A stretch of DNA of 35,596 nt from Octopus bimaculoides. Its lineage: Eukaryota. The DNA lies in the NCBI RefSeq assembly GCF_001194135.2, contig NC_068994.1, positions 45,258,909 to 45,294,504 of the forward strand. Reading direction: 5' to 3'. A program made the translations under genes and the position numbers. This document shows, piece after piece, positions 20,501 to 31,264 of this stretch (positions within the stretch are counted from its first letter, which is position 1; each line of letters opens with the position of its first letter). Under the pieces are notes generated by a model that saw nothing but the letters and a program-made list of their open reading frames with translations, had not been told where the DNA came from and did not search any database.

Positions 20501-21149
20501 GGTAGCGTAATGACTCTGTGAGAACAGTTTGAAGCAAATCAGTGTATATCTTATATATGACGTGTGTGTGTATATTAAATGTGTGCATGCATGTGTATTG
20601 ATCGCTAGTGTTTAACCTTAGTGGAGTTTGACTATTTTTCGGGATAAAAAGCATAAAAGTAGAATCTATTTTGTTCCCTATTCTCTTTGTTATACAATGT
20701 GATCAAACCTTTGTGATAAAGGTTTTTGGATTAGAGGACTTTTTCTTCACTCCCTTTTCATCTTTCATCAAAACTCTATCACTTTTGACTCTTCCTGTAA
20801 GATACTATATCACACATGACTGCATCAGTCAGCCATTCATTTTGAAGGAAGTGTGAAACCCTAATATAATGCCTTCATCTATAATTCATTTCTTTTCTGT
20901 AACAGATGAGGTCAAAACAAAGCAAGGATGCACGCTAGTATAACAAAATATCATAAAACCTGAGAGTTAATAACTTAAGGATGTCATATGAATGGAAAAT
21001 AAATAGTTGACTCGAATATTTAATCTGATAATGTTTGCAGTGTTAAAAAGAAATTTGAAAAAAAAAAAAAAATTATATGACACTATATAGTCCCCCTGTC
21101 CGTGGAACTGACACATGCTTTATATATTGTTAGTGATTATGCAGGCCAA

Positions 21150-22848
21150 CAACAGCAAGAAAAACAAAAATTCTCTGTTGTCAAAAATTTGGATCTGAAC
21201 TAAGGGTTTTTTGACGCAGAATCTGAAAATGACATCCATTTATTACCATCACGTCAAAATTTTAAGATACTGGAGCCACAGAATTTCATTGTTTCTTCAA
21301 CAAAGCAGCTTATGAGGAATAAGGCATAATATAAAAACATATATAGAAATTGGTTTTTCTTCAAAACAAGAATGTTTTCTTAAAATTCTACTGAAAAATT
21401 AGTAAAAATCTTAAAATTTCTCCAAACAAATTACATCGTTGTTTATGTCTAATTTCCCATAAATTTGCGTTTGGATGATTTTCTTGAGTGTTGTATCTCG
21501 GGAAGATCACGAGCCAAGTTCCAGCAATATTCCACCTTCATATCCAAATTCCATCTGCCTCGATACTTTTTATGTCCTGATGGAAACGTTCTTCCCGCTC
21601 GTCACTTGTGTCACCTAGATTTTCAGGGAATTTAGCAAAGTAACTGTGGAGATTGTGCACTTATATGCTCATATTTGTTCCCAACTTTTGAAAATTCTCC
21701 AGTATGTTGTTAACTAGTTTGGCATAGTTGGCTGATTTGCAACTATTTCAAATAAATTCCATGCTGTTGCTTCATTGCAATTCATTGAATTTACAAAGTT
21801 ACCATCTGTTATCAATTTTTCTTATTTGAGAGCCATCAGATACTTCGGCTTTTATCTTTTCCCTGTTCAGACTGAGAAATATGCTGCAGATATAGTAAAA
21901 GCATGGTCCATCTTGATTCAGAGCTTTAATGTACTTCACAAAGCCAAGTTTAATATGGAGTGGAGGTAGAATGGTTTTTTCCCGGTAGAATTAAAGGCTC
22001 TGGAACTAATGTTCGCTATTCTTTGATCATCTGTTTTTTCGTGGCTCTGCTGTCCACACATAAAAAGCATGGATATTTCTGTAGCCACTTTGTTGCCTAG
22101 GGAGAAAATTTACCATCTTAAAGTCCACTCATATCACCCACTGATGATTGTGGTACATAATTTTCTCTTGTACTACTTTCACAACTATATTTCTCAGCAA
22201 GTTTTGTAGAGTGAGTAATGAAAACAGAAGCCAGTATATTTTCATTATGAAGCAGAACACATTTCAAACTTCTTTTCGCGCTATTAATAAAAAGGTGCCA
22301 ATCGCATAGAAGATATATTCCGCTAATTCCATCCTCCGAAGCAGTCCTTCAATATTTATGCAATACACCACCTCATCATTTTCTGTGAAGAATGGAAGAA
22401 ATTCAGCTTCCCTAGTGTAAAAGAAGGGAACTTCGGTTTCTTCTTTTTGTTTTTTCTTTAATCGCGACGCAAGATCTTTCGCAGATACTTTTGATGAGTG
22501 TAAGTCCTTTACCAAGATACAGAGTTCATTTTGATCAAGTAGCTGTGAGTCTGATGATCAAGTAGCTGTGAGTCTGATGATCAAGTAGCTGTGAGTCTGA
22601 TGATCAAGTAGCTGTGAGTCTGATGATCTCTTGCTAAAGTAATCTGGATCATCAGTGGATTCCTCTGACTCGGTTGATACTCCCTGGTCATTAACACGAC
22701 AAAGTTTTGGACTAAATTTTCCTGGTTTACCAAATGCATTTTACTGAAAAATGAGGAAAATTGCGAAAATTGTGAGGTTTGGGTATCTTGAAATCTAGAC
22801 GTGATGATAAAAGATGGATTCCATTTTTGGATTTAGCCTATCAAAAAA
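21150..22848 (-). mobile_element. Chapaev3-type (CMC) DNA transposon, decayed transposase lacking its N-terminal domain
   Basis: The frameshifted translation of about 22720 to 21449 gives QLLDQNEL..LVKDL..S...LASRLK, FYTREAEFLPFF, DWHLFINSAKRSLKCVLLHN, VDFKMVNFL..QQSGY.KYPCFLC.WDSR, ILPPLHIKLG, FPENLGDTSDEREERFHQDIK and EYCWNLARD. Imperfect subterminal inverted repeats lie at 21207-21270 and 22783-22848. Assignment to Chapaev3 is from recall. Confidence 0.85.
22532..22628. repeat. Four perfect tandem copies of the 23-mer TGATCAAGTAGCTGTGAGTCTGA plus TGATC
   Basis: Units start at 22532, 22555, 22578 and 22601. Confidence 0.98.
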
Positions 22849-23735
22849 AAAAAAAAAAGAAAAGCAAAAAAAAGAAAAAAAGCAAAACAATTAAACAGCA
22901 ACAAAAAACAAAGCAAAAAACAAAAACATAAAACCTCTTTCAAATCAGGTAAAAACATCATGACAACAAAATACCTGTTGGGTTGTATTATCGCATAAAA
23001 TTTAACGCTGAAATAGCTCTTAACATGTACGTAGATGAAGTTAACTTCTCGGCAAATATAACAGCGGTATGTTATTTTGGTATTGATCGATTCAACTAAT
23101 ATTTCTCTTACTACACGCATTCCACACAAAATTACAAGAATTATCCTGAATAAATGAGACAAAGAAAATAATGGAATGTATTTAATTCCAAACAAAACAA
23201 TACAAAACAGAGCAACGTCAGTAAGTACAACCGATACGTCTTCATCTTTTACACCAGCCCACACCAAACACATGAGACCACTACTATACATAAACTTACT
23301 TATCCTGTGTGGGAAAAGACTAATCTCAGCATGACAATTATCTGTTTCCGAAACGGAGAAAATTTGTCTAATTGATTCGCAGTTTGTAGTCGATAAACTA
23401 GAATCTCGCCGGTTATTTACAATTAGACAATTATTGAACTAAGTAAACATCTACGAATTAGATGATAATATAGTTCTTTTTGTTCTGTCCAATCCTACCG
23501 TTGAACACCTACTATCCACCTCTCTAATCACTGCTGCTGTCTTTAATTTGCTCTGAATTAACCCTTGATGTTTCTTTGTATCTTTACAATCCGCTATGTT
23601 TTGTCTTACCATCGAATGACGCCTGCTTAACCACTCAAACCATCAATATCGTTGTTCTAAATTTTGTCTATTTACCTGATTAATCATTTCCCTCTTATTG
23701 CTCGATATTTACCCGAAGTGAATCGACAACACAAA

Positions 23736-23737
<2 letters not shown>

Positions 23738-23781
<44 letters not shown>

Positions 23782-24055
23782 TGCAGCAACAGCAATAACA
23801 ACAACGACGATTGTATGGTCACATGAAAGATGTGAATACAAGAGCTAATGGTACTCCGTCAACAATTGCAGCTAAGTATCTGAACGTTTGATATGAACCA
23901 AGAAAATGGACTTTACAAAAATCTCGAAAGACGAACGAGACTCATCTAAGATAAATTGCCACCACCATATCGCACCCCCACTTGCATATCATCCATCGTC
24001 ATCGTAGTCTTTTATTTCTTCTTCTGCTGCTGCTACTGCTACTACAACAACAAAA

Positions 24056-24129
<74 letters not shown>

Positions 24130-24130
24130 C
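23738..24130. repeat. (CAG)n/(CAA)n and (CTA)n trinucleotide tracts with intervening unique sequence
   Basis: Visible directly in the sequence. Confidence 0.9.
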
Positions 24131-24169
24131 ATCATATTAAAAATTAAATGTTTGTGTGTCTGCGTTTGT

Positions 24170-24306
24170 CCCACTACCATTGCTTGATGTTGGTGTGTTT
24201 ACGTCCCCGTAACTTAGCGCTTCGACGAATTAGACCGATAGAATAAGTACTAGGCTTACAAAAAATAAGTCCTACAGTCGATTTGCTCGACTAAAGGCGG
24301 TTCTCC
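24170..24306 (+). mobile_element. SINE family B fragment
   Basis: ggtgtgtttacgtccccgtaacttagcg...gaccgatagaataagtactaggcttac...aataagtcc...gtcgatttgctcgactaaaggcggt. Confidence 0.8.
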
Positions 24307-24348
24307 AAAAGAAAAGAATAAAAATAAAAGAATATGTATGTTTGTATA

Positions 24349-24385
<37 letters not shown>

Positions 24386-25560
24386 ATGCATGTGTTTATT
24401 CACTAGCAGACTTATCCTTCAAGTTCTTTATTCTAAGCGGCCAGACGTAATTTCTTTGAACTTGTCAAACTCTCGAATACTTATATATAAGTTAATATAA
24501 ATACATATGTGGACGTGCATATATGTATATGTATATGCATATACATGTATGTATATATACATACATGTATATATATANNNNNNNNNNNNNNNNNNNNNNN
24601 NNNNNNNNNNNNNNNNNNNNNNNNNNNNNNNNNNNNNNNNNNNNNNNNNNNNNNNNNNNNNNNNNNNNNNNNNNNNNNNNNNNNNNNNNNNNNNNNNNNN
24701 NNNNNNNNNNNNNNNNNNNNNNNNNNNNNNNNNNNNNNNNNNNNNNNNNNNNNNNNNNNNNNNNNNNNNNNNNNNNNNNNNNNNNNNNNNNNNNNNNNNN
24801 NNNNNNNNNNNNNNNNNNNNNNNNNNNNNNNNNNNNNNNNNNNNNNNNNNNNNNNNNNNNNNNNNNNNNNNNNNNNNNNNNNNNNNNNNNNNNNNNNNNN
24901 NNNNNNNNNNNNNNNNNNNNNNNNNNNNNNNNNNNNNNNNNNNNNNNNNNNNNNNNNNNNNNNNNNNNNNNNNNNNNNNNNNNNNNNNNNNNNNNNNNNN
25001 NNNNNNNNNNNNNNNNNNNNNNNNNNNNNNNNNNNNNNNNNNNNNNNNNNNNNNNNNNNNNNNNNNNNNNNNNNNNNNNNNNNNNNNNNNNNNNNNNNNN
25101 NNNNNNNNNNNNNNNNNNNNNNNNNNNNNNNNNNNNNNNNNNNNNNNNNNNNNNNNNNNNNNNNNNNNNNNNNNNNNNNNNNNNNNNNNNNNNNNNNNNN
25201 NNNNNNNNNNNNNNNNNNNNNNNNNNNNNNNNNNNNNNNNNNNNNNNNNNNNNNNNNNNNNNNNNNNNNNNNNNNNNNNNNNNNNNNNNNNNNNNNNNNN
25301 NNNNNNNNNNNNNNNNNNNNNNNNNNNNNNNNNNNNNNNNNNNNNNNNNNNNNNNNNNNNNNNNNNNNNNNNNNNNNNNNNNNNNNNNNTGTGCGTGCGT
25401 GTGCGTGTGCGTGCGTGTGCGTGCGCGCGTGTGTGTTTGAGTATATATTTATGTGTATATGTGCGTGTGTGTTTGATTGTATCGACAAACCTAACCACCT
25501 ATAATCATACAAATAACATATTCACATACATAAGTGCATGCACACCCACACATCCACATC

Positions 25561-25605
<45 letters not shown>

Positions 25606-25937
25606 ACACACACTGGCTTCCGTATATATCTACATACATATCGAATAGTTATATCGATGAATCTCTCCTGAAATGAAATGACCTGGCTCTTTTAAGAAGC
25701 CGCATGTTTGAATATTAAGTCGTTTGATCGAGATTATAAAAAAGATGCCATCTTTGTTTCGTGGGTTATCCTTTTGCCATTTTGCTTTAGTATTTGTGTC
25801 TGGCAAAATAATGCTTTTCCTGAATCCTGTTCAGAAATAAATTGGAAATCTTTTAAGACTCTAACCTGTTTATAAAATATAGTTCCTTCTCTGTTTTTTC
25901 ATCTCTTACAGTTCTTTTAGGAACGAATTTGCTTGGA

Positions 25938-25938
25938 A

Positions 25939-26023
<85 letters not shown>

Positions 26024-26250
26024 GTGTGTGTGTGTGTGTGTGTGTGTGTCTGTATGTTTCCGTCTGTTTGTGAGTGTCTGTGTTTCTGTCTGTTTCTGTC
26101 TGTCTGTGTGTCTGTATGTATCCGTATGTTTCTGTCTCTGTGTGTGTGTCTGTATGTATCTGTATGTTTCTGTCTGTCCGTCTGTGTGTCTGTATGTTTC
26201 TCTCTGTCTGTCTGTGTGTGTATGTTTCTGTCTGTGTATGTTTGCATGTT

Positions 26251-26287
<37 letters not shown>

Positions 26288-26390
26288 GTGTATCTGTAAG
26301 ATTCTGTGTGTGTGTGAGTGTGTGTGTGTGTGTGTGTCTGTTTCTGTTTGTCTGTGTGTGTCTGTATGTTTCTGTCTGTGTGTGTGTCTG
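25938..26390. repeat. (TATC)n, (TG)n and degenerate (TCTG)/(TGTATGTTTCTG) tract
   Basis: Visible directly in the sequence. It explains the V/C/S/L-rich ORFs. Confidence 0.95.
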
Positions 26391-27249
26391 TCCGAAAGTT
26401 TCTTTGATTCATTGTCTATTGATTAGTCGGCATATCGATCTGATATGGAAAAATTTTCTAGGGATACCTCGTGCAATAAGACGACATCGTAAAGTTAAAT
26501 AGGACATATTTAATATGGTGAACCAAAAATAAAATCAAATAATTAAAATTACACTCGTATCAAGAAGAAAGCAATTAAAAATACATGCAACTCTTGTCAA
26601 GAAAAGCAATAGAGACAACTGAAAAACACCGAAGTTAATTAAACGTTGAAGGGTAGGATACAATGAGTGTGTCTAATTTTTGGCAAGGACGGAGACACTT
26701 CCGGACATGTTTTGGCCATGTTAAAACTATCAGGGTCACATTTACGGCTTAACATGTAATCATCCGAGCCAGGGCACACTGAAATCATGGGATGCAGTAT
26801 CGGAAATTAATGTGAGCTATTTCGTCAGATGAACTTATGAATCAATGACGAATATAACTAGATGCTGAGTGAATGAACAGACAACAAACTGTCTTCAGAC
26901 AGGATCAACCAGTTTAGTTGACGAATTACTGTGATCCACTATAGTCGTGGTATGCGCAGCTGAAGGATTTCAGTTAACGAAAGAAATGTGATTGAAACCC
27001 TGGCCAGATATTATGCCTCATTTTGCTATATTTCGTTTCCTTCTGATTGTTGCTGGGTAGCAGTTGACAACAGCAGTAGCCCGCTGTTACAGCAGCTAAG
27101 GGCTCTCCAGCTGTTAGTGATAGCACTAGGAGCAAGAATAGCAGCACCAGCTAGGTCATCAGTGGTTATAGCAGTCGTCCGTCTAACTAGTAGCGAATGG
27201 ATGCAATTTGAAGTGCGCCAGGTGCGAATTAATCTCTGAATGGGGACCA

Positions 27250-27914
27250 CAGACCAGACATTCGTTGTCCGTAAAGTGATTCTTCGTTTCCAGATCATAG
27301 AGATATGGCCAAGTTTCATTACTGTCACCAGAACGTTTTTTCATTGGCTTCAAACGCTTCCAGCAGATCAGAACAAATTTTCACTCTTCTCTACTTTTGC
27401 ATTACTTTCGAGGAAGTGTCCACTGCCGAGGTAACCACTTTTCACACCCTTTCCAACATCTAAAGTCTTCAACCATCTTTTGTAATTCATTGTGACCACT
27501 ATCCAGTAGTGCTCCAAGCTCCTGGATTTTGATTCCTCTGTTAGCGTGAATCAATTCGTTTAATTGCTGGTGATTCATGTCAGTAACCACAGTTGGTGGT
27601 CTCCCACTTCAGGATTAGCCGTCAATGTTGGTTTCCCTTATTTAAACTTCATCATTACTATTGTCAGTGTGATTATCTCTGTAAACGAGCTGTAACTTTT
27701 CTGTATATGTCGGACAACCTGCACTCTTCTGTCAAGAAGTTCATGACGGTACGTTACTTCTTCTTGGCAGCCATTATTTGTCTGCAATGAAGAGAAACCC
27801 GAAAAACAAATTCCTATAGAAGAAGAGTTACTCTGCCGACATATGCAATTTAAACAATTTATGTCAATTAATAGAAAATTTATGCCCACTTTTGCATTAC
27901 TTTCGAGTAAGTGT
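27250..27914 (-). mobile_element. Mariner-type transposon, 5' half, decayed
   Basis: Translation fragments MAAKKKxRTVMNFL, SGRPPTVVT, NELIHANRGIKIQEL, KWLPRQ (WVPR motif), RRVKICSDLL and NETWPYLYDLETK (GDETWxxxYDPETK motif). A TIR-like cgaaagtaatgcaaaagt lies upstream at about 27888-27914. Confidence 0.85.
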
Positions 27915-28624
27915 TTGTCACACTCGGTGTTACGTTGATTCTGCTTTGAGTTTAGGAAAAAGAAACAAGAGTCAGTGGAATACTCAGGCATATACACTAT
28001 AATACAACGAGTTGGCTGCCCTATTGACGATCGATGGAGAGTCACTTTATATACGTGTATGTGCATGTGTGTCTGCGTAGGTGTGTGTGTGTGTGTGTGT
28101 GTATGTGTGTGTGTGTGTGTGTGTTCACACATATTCGTGACTGTGTCTGGGTTTTGGGGTAAGTGTGAAGTTATGTTTCTCACTTTGTCTCCAAACCAAG
28201 ATAAAAATTAGAAATTATAGCTTACCACCACATATCTATCACCTCTGTCAGATCCCTACTCCTCAACGAACAACCTCTTTAGCATACTACCCTTAAAACC
28301 CCTTTCCGTCTCACGAGCTCCCAACCAAATTAAGTACTGACCACGCCCATTATAATTAAAAATTATGTTCCGTTCTAAACTCTAGCGTTTAAATTCATTT
28401 CCTCATCTTATGCTCCTTTATATAGAATGATACGTAAAACTAATGCAGATATCCACATTTAACCACATGCATAAGCCATGCGCTCGGCGAAACTTCAAAC
28501 TCACTGTCAATAAAATTATTATAAATATCCCGTTATTCACACAATATCCGTTGGTTTTATGCAAATAAAATCATTCATTTAATTGCATTTGTATTTATGC
28601 AGAAAATTAGATTAATAGATGAAC

Positions 28625-28802
28625 AGATACACACACATGCACACACATATATATATATATAGACATGTGTGTGTTTTGTACGCTACATAGATAGATAGAT
28701 ATGCATACATACATTATATTCATATGTATGTATATATCCATGCATATGTGTATGAATGTATGTATGCATGTATGTATGTGTGTATGTATGCATGTGTATG
28801 TT

Positions 28803-28883
<81 letters not shown>

Positions 28884-28990
28884 ATATATATATATACATA
28901 CATATAGGTGTGAGTGTGTAATACTATGTATATATATATGTATGTATATGCATGTATATATGTTTATGCATTCATGTATGTACGTACTAT
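28625..28990. repeat. (TATG)n/(TA)n compound microsatellite
   Basis: Visible directly in the sequence. Confidence 0.95.
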
Positions 28991-29299
28991 GTACGCACAC
29001 ACACTTTCGCAGAGCTACATTACTTGTAAACACAATGTGAATGAATACCACTTCATTAGCGGCTACAAGACACAGTCTCTATATATACACCCGTCACTTC
29101 TTTTAGTCAGTCAGAGCAATTTAAAGTTGCACTATACACACCTTAATTGCTATGCACTGTCACTGAACGTGTTTTTACACTTGTCTAACATCTAAAAGGA
29201 CACTTCGCATCTCTCGCTGCATACCACCGTTTCGTATTTTTTTTTATAAGCCCCGCTAAAGACGTCACCAGTTTTGTATGAATGTACGTCAATTGTTGG

Positions 29300-29510
29300 C
29301 CCATATGTTGGTGGAGGTGATGAAGACATACGACGGCGCAGCGGCGGCGGCGGCGGCAGTAGTGACGGTAGTCGTCGTGGTGGATGCTATGGTAATGGTG
29401 GTGGTGATGGTTATGGTGGCAACGGTGACTGTGACAGCAGTGGTGGTTTGTGGTGTTATTGATATTGTTATTGTTGCTGCTGCTGCTACTGCTGCTGTGG
29501 TTGTAGCATT
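29300..29510. repeat. Degenerate GGC/GGT/GCT trinucleotide tract
   Basis: Visible directly in the sequence. It is open in several frames, as expected for such repeats. Confidence 0.8.
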
Positions 29511-29731
29511 ACTTTTAATGGATTCAGTCATTGGACAGCAACTCCGCCCCGACGATTTCAGTCAATCGTATTGACTCTAATACTTTGTCTGTTATACATA
29601 TAAATGTTACATTTATCTTGTAAGGCAGAAAAGCGCCGTCGTCCTGACCTGGTAGTAAATGAATACAGCCAAAGAACGTAATATATTTCTGTTAGCTGTG
29701 ACGGCTGTTATCTCTCTCTGTCTTCCCTCCC

Positions 29732-29815
29732 TCCCTCTCTTTCTATCTTTCCCTCTCTTTCTATCTTTCCCTCTCTTTCTATCTTTCCCTCTCTTTCTAT
29801 CTTTCCCTCTCTTTC
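29732..29815. repeat. Four perfect copies of the 18-mer TCCCTCTCTTTCTATCTT plus a partial copy
   Basis: Units start at 29732, 29750, 29768 and 29786. Confidence 0.95.
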
Positions 29816-31057
29816 CCTTTCTCTATCTCTCACTCATATATATGTGTGTGCTTGTGTGTGTAGTACGTATGCATTTCTACAGTTTTCAACTGATATTCAC
29901 CAAACTTTACACACACATTACACATGTGCCAAGGATGGTCATGCACTATGACATTTTGCTCAGAGCTCCCGAGTAAAGGGAGAAACTGGGAAAAACGGTG
30001 TTTTATATGGGTTTTCTCTAAAAACTTTTGCAGTTTTCAAATGATTCTCTCCTTTTCTCTCTTTGTTTATTTCTCTCTCTTTTTCTCATTCTCTGTTTCT
30101 CTCACACATATTTTCTCTTACCTTCTGTAATAGTTCCTCTCTTTTAGTCCATGTCTGTTGAGGTTATTGTCATTATCAACACCATTCTCGTTAAAAATTA
30201 ATATAATATATATATANNNNNNNNNNNNNNNNNNNNNNNNNNNNNNNNNNNNNNNNNNNNNNNNNNNNNNNNNNNNNNNNNNNNNNNNNNNNNNNNNNNN
30301 NNNNNNNNNNNNNNNNNNNNNNNNNNNNNNNNNNNNNNNNNNNNNNNNNNNNNNNNNNNNNNNNNNNNNNNNNNNNNNNNNNNNNNNNNNNNNNNNNNNN
30401 NNNNNNNNNNNNNNNNNNNNNNNNNNNNNNNNNNNNNNNNNNNNNNNNNNNNNNNNNNNNNNNNNNNNNNNNNNNNNNNNNNNNNNNNNNNNNNNNNNNN
30501 NNNNNNNNNNNNNNNNNNNNNNNNNNNNNNNNNNNNNNNNNNNNNNNNNNNNNNNNNNNNNNNNNNNNNNNNNNNNNNNNNNNNNNNNNNNNNNNNNNNN
30601 NNNNNNNNNNNNNNNNNNNNNNNNNNNNNNNNNNNNNNNNNNNNNNNNNNNNNNNNNNNNNNNNNNNNNNNNNNNNNNNNNNNNNNNNNNNNNNNNNNNN
30701 NNNNNNNNNNNNNNNNNNNNNNNNNNNNNNNNNNNNNNNNNNNNNNNNNNNNNNNNNNNNNNNNNNNNNNNNNNNNNNNNNNNNNNNNNNNNNNNNNNNN
30801 NNNNNNNNNNNNNNNNNNNNNNNNNNNNNNNNNNNNNNNNNNNNNNNNNNNNNNNNNNNNNNNNNNNNNNNNNNNNNNNNNNNNNNNNNNNNNNNNNNNN
30901 NNNNNNNNNNNNNNNNNNNNNNNNNNNNNNNNNNNNNNNNNNNNNNNNNNNNNNNNNNNNNNNNNNNNNNNNNNNNNNNNNNNNNNNNNNNNNNNNNNNN
31001 NNNNNNNNNNNNNNNNNNNNNNNNNNNNNNNNNNNNNNNNNNNNNNNNNNNNNNNNN

Positions 31058-31090
<33 letters not shown>

Positions 31091-31107
31091 CACACACACA
31101 CACACAC

Positions 31108-31138
<31 letters not shown>

Positions 31139-31264
31139 CATACATACACACATATATAGGCACACGCATATCTATTCACGTGCACAGATTTACAAATGCA
31201 CACACACATATAACAGTTTAATATACAGAGATCATTTATACAATCTAATCACAATAAATTAAAC

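Noticed and set aside
23480-23600. VIREVDSRCST as a hAT TRWNS-like motif
   Set aside because: Too short and degenerate, with no supporting motifs nearby.
5265-25667. A single multi-exon gene model chaining all minus-strand candidates
   Set aside because: A phase-compatible chain can be built, but there are too many free choices and 5.7 kb of gaps for the chain itself to count as evidence.
29625-29677. 53-nt plus-strand exon candidate AEKRRRPDLVVNEYSQR
   Set aside because: Moderate splice sites only and no phase-linked neighbour, so it is within chance expectation.
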